Below are positions 37,663-46,428 of a stretch of 64,000 bases of DNA, piece by piece. Location of the stretch: assembly GCA_964448115.1 (NCBI GenBank), contig CAYUVA010000015.1, positions 3,953-67,952 on the forward strand. The letters are read 5' to 3'. The notes under the pieces were generated by a model, which had not been told where the DNA came from, made no database searches, and worked only from the letters and a program-made list of their open reading frames with translations. The position numbers and the translations under genes are program-made. Origin of the DNA: an uncultured bacterium (GTDB lineage: Bacteria > CAYUVA01). How positions within the stretch are numbered: position 1 is the stretch's first letter; every line of letters starts with the position of its first letter.

Positions 37663-39179
37663 TCACCCTCCTTTGGAACATAATCCCATAGATCTGCGAT
37701 CCAATAGAGCCACTTATATTCGTGGTCATTGATGATTTTGTCTCGCGTATTCTTAATAATTCTTTTATCAACAGGTGGCATTTCTACATTATCTAATACA
37801 AATTGAAAATGTTTTTCAACACCTTTTAAGTTGCATTTTCTCAGTTCATCCATGATTTGATAGAGCTTTGTTCTAGGGAAGTTGTTTTTGAATGCCAGGA
37901 TTGTTACAGTAACATCACAGAAATTCTCCTTAGTAATCAGCAGGTCATCGAATATCTTATTTTTGTAGAATGTGTTGGTGAACTCTTGGACTCCCCCTTG
38001 CAGTATGTCGATTGATTCGAGTATGAGGTAGTGCATTGCGTTGCCTTTTTCGTGTTTATCAGGTGGATCGGAACCGAGCTGTTTTTTCGCCATATCAACT
38101 AACTGGCTAGCGAATCGTTTCACTTGGAGTATGGGTGCTTTGTGATTGCAGAAAACCACGCCGAATGAGTGAGTGAGTGGCATACTACCAAAATTCATTT
38201 TATCGCAGTTCTCAAAGAAGTGCCACATGAAATCCCAGCCTAGCCAAGCCGGCAGCGCTACAGAAGCCTCATCCCCACCCCAGAGGGTGATCTCGATGCG
38301 ACATTTATTTTCATTGTTATCATTATAAATGAAACAATTCTTATCCATATAATTCAGAATAAATTCTTTGATAATTTTATTTCTACCACTATCAAGAGCA
38401 TTCTCAAAATTTCTATAATCATCTGGATTAACACAATTTTTATTCTTTAATTTGGTAAATTTATTTCCATCGAAATATATAAAAGCCTTTTTACCTCGAA
38501 GAACATCGGTGATATCATGTGGTTGATCTTTTACTAGTTGCTCAAAATCCCAAGTGTATATTAATGATTTTTTGTTATTTAGTATTTCTCTATTTATATA
38601 ATCTTTTTTCAGATTTCTACCCATTTTTTCTCTTCTTATATAAGTTATACGAGACAGATCTTTCTTAATTTTATCATAATGCATAGCTGGGCGCACTCCA
38701 TCCCAATTGCAATATGGTTTTTCTTTATAATCGACCTCTTTTTTAGGTAAAATCACTGTCGGTTGCTTGAATTGTTGAAGCCGTATCTTATTTTGAAGCT
38801 TTTCTTTATCTTCCTTAAAATCGCCACTTTCTTCTACAGCAGCACCGATAAAAGATGCTTCGTTTTTAGTATATTCCCGAGCAAAATTAAGTGCTTTATT
38901 AACTATTGTTTTGATCTGTTCTTCACTTTCATACTTCTTTTTTGTTTTATAAATACCAATACTTCCACCTGTTGTTATTGGATCAAGTAAAGAAGTAAGA
39001 TCAGAATTTGTATTAGGGTGTATTTTAAGGTCCGTAAACTTCACCGCATTCCTTAAAAGCAAGGATCCGCCGCGGATGGTGCTGATGTCGTCTGTGTCAT
39101 AGACGAAGCTGTCCAGGTTAACTGCCTCAATCTGAATGTAGTATTTCTTTTTCTCTGTCATTTTCTCACCTCTTGTCAC
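37659..39179 (-). CDS. small HD-less Cas10-like protein (two Palm/cyclase-like domains, GGDE motif)
   Basis: 506 aa. N-terminal Palm-like segment (YYIQIEAVNLDSF...ISTIRGGSLLL...ITTGGSIGIY). Second Palm has KAFIYFDGNKF (metal Asp), WGGDEASV (GGDE = nt 38268-38279, checked codon by codon) and THSFGVVFCNHKAPILQVKRFASQLVDMAKK. Helical C-terminus. No H-D motif region. 4-nt overlaps with both neighbours. Confidence 0.68.
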   Translation of the reverse strand: MTRGEKMTEKKKYYIQIEAVNLDSFVYDTDDISTIRGGSLLLRNAVKFTDLKIHPNTNSDLTSLLDPITTGGSIGIYKTKKKYESEEQIKTIVNKALNFAREYTKNEASFIGAAVEESGDFKEDKEKLQNKIRLQQFKQPTVILPKKEVDYKEKPYCNWDGVRPAMHYDKIKKDLSRITYIRREKMGRNLKKDYINREILNNKKSLIYTWDFEQLVKDQPHDITDVLRGKKAFIYFDGNKFTKLKNKNCVNPDDYRNFENALDSGRNKIIKEFILNYMDKNCFIYNDNNENKCRIEITLWGGDEASVALPAWLGWDFMWHFFENCDKMNFGSMPLTHSFGVVFCNHKAPILQVKRFASQLVDMAKKQLGSDPPDKHEKGNAMHYLILESIDILQGGVQEFTNTFYKNKIFDDLLITKENFCDVTVTILAFKNNFPRTKLYQIMDELRKCNLKGVEKHFQFVLDNVEMPPVDKRIIKNTRDKIINDHEYKWLYWIADLWDYVPKEGE

Positions 39180-40735
39180 GTATCTTTATCATACTTATCT
39201 AGTTTGTACAATATCAAAATATAAACAAGAAAAATTATAATTGCAATCAGATAAATTCCCTTGAAATATGGAAAAAACACTTGCCAAAATCCTGGATATT
39301 CTCCTGGGACTGATAAAAAGCCTACAATGAAACTCGATCCCTCGAAAAACAAAGCCACAATAGCGACTAATATTCCCCACCGATTTACTTTCTCAATAAA
39401 TTCATCCTTAAGGTATTGATAAGTGCGGTTAATCTCTGCTTCAACTTCCTTGTATAGCTTAGGAATTTGAAAACTCTCGTACATTGTATCGGTCATCTCG
39501 ATCCCCTGATCCTGATTTGTGAGTTCAAGGAACCAATACATATTAGAAAATTCGATAAAATCACTGCTAATTTTTCTAAATTTTTTCCTTTTGTTTTCTT
39601 CAATTATATCCTCTGTTGCTTTTGTAATTCTGAGCGAAAAATAAACCAACTGTGTTCTGTAGAATAATCCTAATAGGGCGATCTGATAATACATGGTCTT
39701 AAAATGTTTATAAAAGGTTTTATTATTAAAACCTTTATTAGGATCATCATTATCACTGAAAACTAAATATGCTATTGAATATCTAGTAAAACCATATATC
39801 GATCCCAAGTGTTGCCAACGCCTATATAGATGCGACTCCATTTCTTCACGAATAAATGACTCGTAATATTGCCAGTCTGAACCATGTTTATCAACATATA
39901 ACAATCTTGAAAATCCGCGCAGGACTTTATTATCGTAATCTTGAAGCAAATGATTTTTCAAATCATCTGGTATATCAAGAGAAACGAATGTATTAACAAA
40001 CATTCTATCATCAAGTATTGGCAGGATATAACGATCTTCAAAATTTGGCTTATTTTCAATCTCAATATTTCCTGAATTAAAAAAACTATGAATTATGGAA
40101 CAAATTACATTATTTATCTTAGGATGTTTATCATCATAATCAGGCTTTGATACATTATTTGAATCTATAAAACAATGATAACTATAGAAATCTTTAATCA
40201 TAAACTTTATACGAAGTGCGATATTTTGGTATTCAACTTGTTCTTCATAAGATGGGTATAGTAGTCGTGATAGATTATTGAAATCTAATACATCTTTAAA
40301 ACATACCTGATTTAAATCATTTTGGACATATTCAATCTGAAATGAAAGAATAAATATATCGGGTTCAAATTTATGTAGTACAAGATATGTGATATTAAAT
40401 TTATAAGAATTATCACTGTCGAATAATTCTACCTCAAACATACTTTCATTTTCATTATCTTTTTCATTTTTATCAAATGCTAAATAAGTTCTCAATAAAA
40501 TATTATTTTTTTTATTTTGATCTTTTCCATAAGTCAACAATGCTTCCCTTACATACGAATGAAAATAAATATATTCTTGCCAGTATTTCTCTTTTTCATA
40601 AGGCTTTTCTTCCCAATTAAGATTACCATTATATATTGGCAAATCATCCCCTTTCTTTATCCTATCCTTTCTTTCCTCCATCACAAACGGAAACATGAAA
40701 ATCGTCGAAAACTTCTTTACCTTAAAGTGCATCAT
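39176..40735 (-). CDS. CorA-topology membrane protein (large cytoplasmic domain plus two C-terminal TM helices); candidate membrane effector
   Basis: 519 aa. A roughly 450-aa soluble N-terminal region ends in a long helix (TYQYLKDEFIEKVNRW). TM1 is GILVAIVALFFEGSSFIVGFLSV, then a short loop (PGEYPGF), then TM2 IYLIAIIIFLVYILILY. No GMN motif. The ATGA overlap with the upstream gene was checked at 40732-40735. Confidence 0.45.
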   Translation of the reverse strand: MMHFKVKKFSTIFMFPFVMEERKDRIKKGDDLPIYNGNLNWEEKPYEKEKYWQEYIYFHSYVREALLTYGKDQNKKNNILLRTYLAFDKNEKDNENESMFEVELFDSDNSYKFNITYLVLHKFEPDIFILSFQIEYVQNDLNQVCFKDVLDFNNLSRLLYPSYEEQVEYQNIALRIKFMIKDFYSYHCFIDSNNVSKPDYDDKHPKINNVICSIIHSFFNSGNIEIENKPNFEDRYILPILDDRMFVNTFVSLDIPDDLKNHLLQDYDNKVLRGFSRLLYVDKHGSDWQYYESFIREEMESHLYRRWQHLGSIYGFTRYSIAYLVFSDNDDPNKGFNNKTFYKHFKTMYYQIALLGLFYRTQLVYFSLRITKATEDIIEENKRKKFRKISSDFIEFSNMYWFLELTNQDQGIEMTDTMYESFQIPKLYKEVEAEINRTYQYLKDEFIEKVNRWGILVAIVALFFEGSSFIVGFLSVPGEYPGFWQVFFPYFKGIYLIAIIIFLVYILILYKLDKYDKDT

Positions 40736-41610
40736 TGCCGAATGATCTCCTTGATGAAACGAGCAGCAACGCTCTGGAAGCCATCATCGCACTCGCTCGA
40801 TGCCTTTACTCCTAGAAATCCGCCATAAGCATCGGTTCGATGCCAGCGTTCACAACCTTTCGGGAATAACTCAAGTAGGTCTATTCCCCGCATGATAAAA
40901 TCCCTTGAGCCATAAAGGCTCAGCTTGCTTATCCCAGCGCTATTCTCTGTGATCACCATGATATCAGGGAGGCTCTTTAGCTTGCCTTTGCGATACAGCT
41001 CGACCTGAGCCTCGGTCTTGGGCAACTGGTGGAGATCGGCGATGATCGAAGTCCGATCCGAGCTTGTTCTGACAATGGCAAGCTTCCCGACCTGCTCACG
41101 GTTTTTATAATCGTTGCTCAGCAGCTCGATCTCCTCATCGCTGTACCCTTGAGCCTTTATGTCCAGTTCACGAATCCGCCTTATCTCATCCAGCTTTGCT
41201 CCTTCGGTGATCATCCCTAGTACATGGCTCTTATCATTGGCAGCAATGAGCTTTTCCTCTCTGGTAAGCTCATGCCCGATTAGCTCGGCAAACTGTTCGA
41301 GGGAGCTTTTTTCGCTGGAGCGGTTCAAGGATCCATAATCGTGGTGATCTATGATGATCAGATTATGCCCTGCCTCGATAAGTTCCTTCTCTTTGGCAGG
41401 TCCGGGGATCTCCACGATGATCACCGTCTCCTTGAGGTCTTCAAAGGTCGGCTGCGGCTCTTTTTCCAGGCGTGCGCCCCAGGGCTGCTTGGATACACGG
41501 ACATCCATGCCATATTTCCTTGCTATCTCGATTATCCTGGCGCTCTCTAGATCGTTCTTGGGAACGATCAATGAAGCATCTATTTTAGCTATTTCAGCCA
41601 ACTTTTCCAC
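40732..41610 (-). CDS. DHH-motif protein (possible NrN-like phosphoesterase; divergent)
   Basis: 292 aa. TVIIVEIPGP...(17 aa)...LIIIDHHDYG resembles DHH-family motifs II-III (DHH = nt 41341-41349, checked). The canonical motif I DxD and the DHHA1 GGGH motif are not evident (only AYGGF). The track start is GTG with no obvious RBS, so the 5' end is uncertain. Confidence 0.4.
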   Translation of the reverse strand: MEKLAEIAKIDASLIVPKNDLESARIIEIARKYGMDVRVSKQPWGARLEKEPQPTFEDLKETVIIVEIPGPAKEKELIEAGHNLIIIDHHDYGSLNRSSEKSSLEQFAELIGHELTREEKLIAANDKSHVLGMITEGAKLDEIRRIRELDIKAQGYSDEEIELLSNDYKNREQVGKLAIVRTSSDRTSIIADLHQLPKTEAQVELYRKGKLKSLPDIMVITENSAGISKLSLYGSRDFIMRGIDLLELFPKGCERWHRTDAYGGFLGVKASSECDDGFQSVAARFIKEIIRQ

Positions 41611-41812
41611 TCTAAATATTTGCTAAAATGCCGTAATTAAGTTTATATAACCTATTTTGATATTTCAATAGTCAATCTCAGAGTTACAAATATAGCCTTA
41701 AGGTTCAATGTCATCATAATGTTGATAATTTGTCCTTACATTTCAAGGATATAGCCACATTTTTATCTAATGCTCATTGGGATAAAAGCCAGATATCATT
41801 ATGAACTTTGGC

Positions 41813-42391
41813 TTATAAATATCGCTCTAAGATCTCCCATAGCTCTCTCTTGCCGGTGCCATTAACCGATGAGAAGATGACATGCTGGGGTTGAGCGCTA
41901 CCAAATGCAGATAATATATTCCTTCTCCTCGACTCCAATTGCGAGCGTTTGAGCTTATCCGACTTGGTTAGCGTTAAAATCGGTACTTTATTGCTCACCG
42001 TAATAAGCCGATACATCTCGTGATCAAGCTCATTCGGATGGTGCCTGATATCAAGGATCAATACCACTGCTGTAAGCTGTGAGCGATTATAAATATACTC
42101 AGCCATATTGTGCTGCCAGCCCTGCACAAGATGCTTCGGCGCCTTGGCATAGCCGTATCCGGGGAGATCCACCAGGTGAAAGCGCTCGTTTACTAAAAAA
42201 AAGTTAATCATCCGAGTTCGCCCCGGCGTTGAGCTTACCTTGGCAATGTTACGGCGATTCAGAATGGTGTTGATCAGGCTCGATTTACCTACATTGGAGC
42301 GCCCCACAAAGGCGATCTCAGGGAGGTCGCTCTGCGGGCACTTATCCAAAGAGGGAGCACTTTTGATAAACTTAAGCGAGGTTATCTTCAT
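41813..42391 (-). CDS. engB: ribosome biogenesis GTP-binding protein YihA/EngB
   Basis: 192 aa. G1 GRSNVGKSSLIN, G3 DLPGYG, G4 TKSDK. Confidence 0.93.
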   Translation of the reverse strand: MKITSLKFIKSAPSLDKCPQSDLPEIAFVGRSNVGKSSLINTILNRRNIAKVSSTPGRTRMINFFLVNERFHLVDLPGYGYAKAPKHLVQGWQHNMAEYIYNRSQLTAVVLILDIRHHPNELDHEMYRLITVSNKVPILTLTKSDKLKRSQLESRRRNILSAFGSAQPQHVIFSSVNGTGKRELWEILERYL

Positions 42392-42405
42392 TTACCCTCA
42401 AGTTC

Positions 42406-43593
42406 CTAGTCCGCTTTTTTAACCAATTTGCCTAAGGCACTTGGGGGAGTCAGCTTGCCTAGAACAACTCGTTTCGATGCACCCGTGGCTGAGGGGCAAT
42501 TGCCCGGCAGTCCAGATGCAGATAAGTATCCGAGAATAGCAAAATATACAGCTTCCTTCGCATCGACAGCTATGCCATACTCATCTGTCAGGGCAAACTC
42601 AATCCCGGCAAACCGGTTGGCAATCCTGTCCCTGAAGTAGCCATTATGCGCTCCACCACCACTGAGAAGTATCTTCTCAACTGGATGCTCGACTAGCACA
42701 AAACGCTGAATCTGTTCACAGATCGATGCTACGGTCAACTCGGATAGGGTTGCCAGCACATCGACCAATGGGATATTCTCCCTTTTTATCCTGTCCATCA
42801 GGTCTTTGAAGGCTCTTAGATTAAAGGTTTCTTTGCCGGTCGACTTAGGCGGGGGCAGCTCGAAGTAAGGGTGGGAAAGTAAAATATTCAACATAGCCGG
42901 ATCGACCGTACCCGCCTTTGCCAGTGCACCATCTACATCATAGCGCATGTTCTTTTTCCCATAATAGCGAATGAACTCATCGACCAAACAGTTACCAGGA
43001 CCGGTATCAAAGCCGATGATATTTTCCTCGGACGCATCTTGACCAAGATATGTTATGTTGGCAATTCCTCCTATATTTATAAGCAGGATATTTGCTTTCA
43101 AATTCTTAAATAACAGGTAATCACAATATGGCGCTAGTGGTGCTCCCTGCCCTCCAGCTACTATATCGGCTGCCCTGAAGTCAGAGATCACCGCGATTCC
43201 AGTGCGATGGTGTATGGCAGCCGGTTCAGCAATCTGCATTGTGCAACCTATGCTTTTTGAATTTTGGTTGCTTATTTTAGGTTCGTGATAAACGGTCTGT
43301 CCGTGTGATGCGATCAGGTCAACCTCAACAGGCTCTATATGAAGCTCAACCAAGAAACGATTTACAAGATCTCCATATAAAAATCCAAGCTCATAGCTCA
43401 GCCTGCATAGCGTGGATACCCTCCCCTTGCCTTGGGTAACAGATGCAAGCCTTTTAGATAGGTTCAAAGGATAGGGGTATGATCTGAAGCCGACAAGCTC
43501 CCATTTAATCGAATCAGGCATACCACTGATATCGAGCAATGCAATATCCAATCCATCTGCCGAGGTGCCTGACATCAAACCTATGATCTTCAT
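42406..43593 (-). CDS. anmK: anhydro-N-acetylmuramic acid kinase
   Basis: 395 aa. GLMSGTSADGLD and FDTGPGN motifs. Confidence 0.9.
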   Translation of the reverse strand: MKIIGLMSGTSADGLDIALLDISGMPDSIKWELVGFRSYPYPLNLSKRLASVTQGKGRVSTLCRLSYELGFLYGDLVNRFLVELHIEPVEVDLIASHGQTVYHEPKISNQNSKSIGCTMQIAEPAAIHHRTGIAVISDFRAADIVAGGQGAPLAPYCDYLLFKNLKANILLINIGGIANITYLGQDASEENIIGFDTGPGNCLVDEFIRYYGKKNMRYDVDGALAKAGTVDPAMLNILLSHPYFELPPPKSTGKETFNLRAFKDLMDRIKRENIPLVDVLATLSELTVASICEQIQRFVLVEHPVEKILLSGGGAHNGYFRDRIANRFAGIEFALTDEYGIAVDAKEAVYFAILGYLSASGLPGNCPSATGASKRVVLGKLTPPSALGKLVKKAD

Positions 43594-43627
43594 AATTAAG
43601 CTTTTTCCTCTCCTTATCTTATGTCAA

Positions 43628-44008
43628 TTAAAATGGGAGCTTTGGTTGCTTTGGTCGCTTGATATCCTCTCGCGTCTGCTTGTCGATGGTGAATGTCCAA
43701 TCAAAGCTGGTGAATCCGAGATTTACCGTCTGGGTATATTTTATCCAGATCGTAATTCTCCAGTCTTTCTGCTTTATCACCACATTCTCATCTCGCACTC
43801 GCAAGCCTAGCTCATGAATCTTTGTCCAAATTCTCTTTTGAATATCATTATAGGGTAACGGATTATCAAGGTACTCCCGATCCCAATTGACCAGCATATC
43901 TACCTCTTCAACCAGCTTCAGGTGCCTTAGATAGACGAGACCGAATTTTATGGCAACAAAGATTCCAACTATAATCCCTATAAGGATGAGATAGTTGATG
44001 AGGTCCAT
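43628..44008 (-). CDS. small membrane protein, unknown function
   Basis: Start moved to the ATG at 44008 (MDLINYLILIGIIVGIFVAI...), which is preceded by an AAGAGGA RBS. One TM helix. Confidence 0.5.
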   Translation of the reverse strand: MDLINYLILIGIIVGIFVAIKFGLVYLRHLKLVEEVDMLVNWDREYLDNPLPYNDIQKRIWTKIHELGLRVRDENVVIKQKDWRITIWIKYTQTVNLGFTSFDWTFTIDKQTREDIKRPKQPKLPF

Positions 44009-44094
44009 TTTTCCTCTTTGATTAACCAGATGTCCGATCCCTTTGATACTCCCCATTTCCCAACTCCTAATTATTTACTTGCCATGCCGCCTTT

Positions 44095-44829
44095 TTACTG
44101 AATCACCCTACCAATGCGTCGCCATCTTAGCTCTCCGCTGAACGGGGGAAGCTTGACTAAAAATGTCTTATCAATATTTAACAAGGTTGTTTTTTTAGTA
44201 TTATCCCAAGAAAAATATAGGATAAATGCTTTTCCTTTAACATACTTCATATCCAGTTGCCCCCAGAACCTGGAGTCCTGGCTATTGTCGCGATTATCTC
44301 CCATGACGAAGAGATGATTCGGTTTTATAGTTACCGGTCCATAGTAATCCCTTGTATAATGTGCTGGATTCATGATGTTATCGCCATCGGTGAACTGGAC
44401 ATAGTCCTCCTCCAATGGCTCGCCGTTGATATAGACCTGTTTCCTTCTAATCTCCAGACGCTCTCCTGGCAAGCCGATAACCCTTTTTATAAAATCCCTC
44501 TCATCATCATAAGGATACTTAAAAACGATCACATCTCCTCGCTTTGGCTTTGCCCATTTGATGAGAAAATCGTTCTTGAAAGGATTCCTTATCCCATAGG
44601 CGAGCTTGTTGACTAATAGGTAATCTCCGATAAGCAATGTGGATTTCATTGAGCCAGAGGGGATCTTAAAGGCTTGGACGATAAATGTGCGGATGAATAT
44701 GGCAAGTACGACCGCTATAACTATGGTCTCACCGTATTCTCTCAGTTTTGATTTTACTTGCTCGTTATCCTCCGACCTTTTAGCCGCATTACTCGCTTCG
44801 CTTTTTTTTTCAGCCCTTTGTTTACCCAT
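44095..44829 (-). CDS. lepB: signal peptidase I
   Basis: 244 aa. Catalytic Ser box IPSGSMKSTL, Lys box KRVIGLPGE, and GDNRDNSQDSR. Confidence 0.9.
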   Translation of the reverse strand: MGKQRAEKKSEASNAAKRSEDNEQVKSKLREYGETIVIAVVLAIFIRTFIVQAFKIPSGSMKSTLLIGDYLLVNKLAYGIRNPFKNDFLIKWAKPKRGDVIVFKYPYDDERDFIKRVIGLPGERLEIRRKQVYINGEPLEEDYVQFTDGDNIMNPAHYTRDYYGPVTIKPNHLFVMGDNRDNSQDSRFWGQLDMKYVKGKAFILYFSWDNTKKTTLLNIDKTFLVKLPPFSGELRWRRIGRVIQ

Positions 44830-44989
44830 AAAGCGCCCCTTCAGCTAATATAGCAAAAGATAGAGTTCAATGTTACCTATTTAACGAGGTTTAAGACAAA
44901 TAACAAGGTCTATTGTTCCTTTTATTCAGGCTTAATGTGAGGGATACAAGGTATAATAAATCGAGTCAACTCGCTAGCTAACCATATTC

Positions 44990-46306
44990 TCACCGATCGC
45001 TCCTCATTTCCTTCTTGTATGCCTCTTCCCGCATCTTGTTCACATAGCTAGGATCCTGGAAGCTGTACTTGAAGCGAGTGTGGAAGTCATAGTTCCCCTT
45101 GAGAATAGCAACTACATCCTCAATAAAGACCAACTCCTCATCAGTCGGGATGACTAGTACCTTCACAGGGGAGTCGTCGCTGCTTATAATTGACTCTTTG
45201 TTTCTGGTACAGGCTGCTCGATTCTTCTTTAAATCAAGCTTGATGCCGATATTTTCGAGATTAGTGCATGCCTTTTCCCTGATCTGCCAAGCCATCTCCC
45301 CTACTCCAGCAGTGAATACTACCGCATCGACTCTTCCAAGTATAGCGCTATAGGAGCCAATGTATTTTTTAATACGATGGCATTCAATCTCTATCGCGAG
45401 CAAAGCTCTTCTATCTCCCTCCTCAGCAGCACGCAAAATATCTCGTCTATCGGTGTACTTACCAGTAATACCGAACAGACCACTAGCCTTATTGAGTATC
45501 TTCTCTATATCCGCGGCGAAAACCCCAAGTCGCTCGGTCATATACGGGATGATAGCAGGATCGATATCCCCGCTTCGAGTCCCCATAACCAATCCCTCAA
45601 GGGGAGTAAGTCCCATGCTGTGGTCATAAGACAGTCCATTTTTCACCGCTGTAAAGCTGACCCCATTGCCTATATGACAGGTTATAAGGTTGATCTCAAA
45701 GGGATCTTTTTTAAGCAATACTGAAGCGCGTTTGGATACATACAGGTGAGATGTTCCATGGAATCCATACCTTCTGACTCCATATTTCTTGTACCATTCG
45801 TAAGGAACAGCATATATATAACAATGCTCCGGCATGGTCTGATGAAAGGCGGTATCCATGATTGCCACATGGGGCACCTGGGGGAGCACTTGTCGGGCAG
45901 CCTTTATCCCCTGTATATTAGGTGGATTGTGAAGCGGTGCTAACGGCGATAGCTCCTCGAAGGTGGCTATCACCTCGTCATCTATCTTCACCGATTTGTT
46001 GAACTTTTCCCCGCCATGTACCACCCGGTGTCCAACCGCGCTTATTTGTTCCATCTTTTCCACAACTCCCACTTTAGGGTCAATGAGGGTCTGAAGGATA
46101 AGTTCAATAGCTTCTTTATGGGTAGGACAATCGCGCTCTAATTTATAAGGTTGCCGGTCAGGCACCTGGTGAGTGATAAACGAGTTACCTACCGTTACCC
46201 GTTCAACTGCCCCATTAGCCATCACCATTCTATCAGTCCAATTGTAAACCATATATTTTACCGAGGAACTACCGCAGTTGAGTGAAAGTATTATCTCATC
46301 AGCCAT
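44990..46306 (-). CDS. ackA: acetate kinase
   Basis: 438 aa. LSLNCGSSSVKY, HRVVHGG and GFHGTSH motifs. AGGAG RBS. About 35 extra C-terminal residues relative to the roughly 400-aa norm. Confidence 0.93.
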   Translation of the reverse strand: MADEIILSLNCGSSSVKYMVYNWTDRMVMANGAVERVTVGNSFITHQVPDRQPYKLERDCPTHKEAIELILQTLIDPKVGVVEKMEQISAVGHRVVHGGEKFNKSVKIDDEVIATFEELSPLAPLHNPPNIQGIKAARQVLPQVPHVAIMDTAFHQTMPEHCYIYAVPYEWYKKYGVRRYGFHGTSHLYVSKRASVLLKKDPFEINLITCHIGNGVSFTAVKNGLSYDHSMGLTPLEGLVMGTRSGDIDPAIIPYMTERLGVFAADIEKILNKASGLFGITGKYTDRRDILRAAEEGDRRALLAIEIECHRIKKYIGSYSAILGRVDAVVFTAGVGEMAWQIREKACTNLENIGIKLDLKKNRAACTRNKESIISSDDSPVKVLVIPTDEELVFIEDVVAILKGNYDFHTRFKYSFQDPSYVNKMREEAYKKEMRSDR

Positions 46307-46428
46307 CCTTGTATTCTCCTTGGAATTTTATTTGGTATTTCGCTATATCAACTCGAGGTTTCATATTTGTTAGATCTCGAATGACTAAAAGCAGCTTTTC
46401 TCAGATCAATATCACTGAAGGATATTCG

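Noticed and set aside
37659-39179. Alternative reading of the GGDE protein as an ordinary GGDEF diguanylate cyclase
   Set aside because: It has two Palm-like halves, a Cas10-like SFGVV...AKK segment and a helical tail, and it has no sensor or TM domains. It is also translationally coupled to four RAMP genes. This remains to be confirmed by profile search.
41611-41812. Search for a CRISPR array, leader or cas6 remnant upstream of the type III-like operon
   Set aside because: It is a 202-nt AT-rich intergenic region with no direct repeats of 20 nt or more. Only weak -35/-10-like hexamers are present, and none is convincing enough to annotate.
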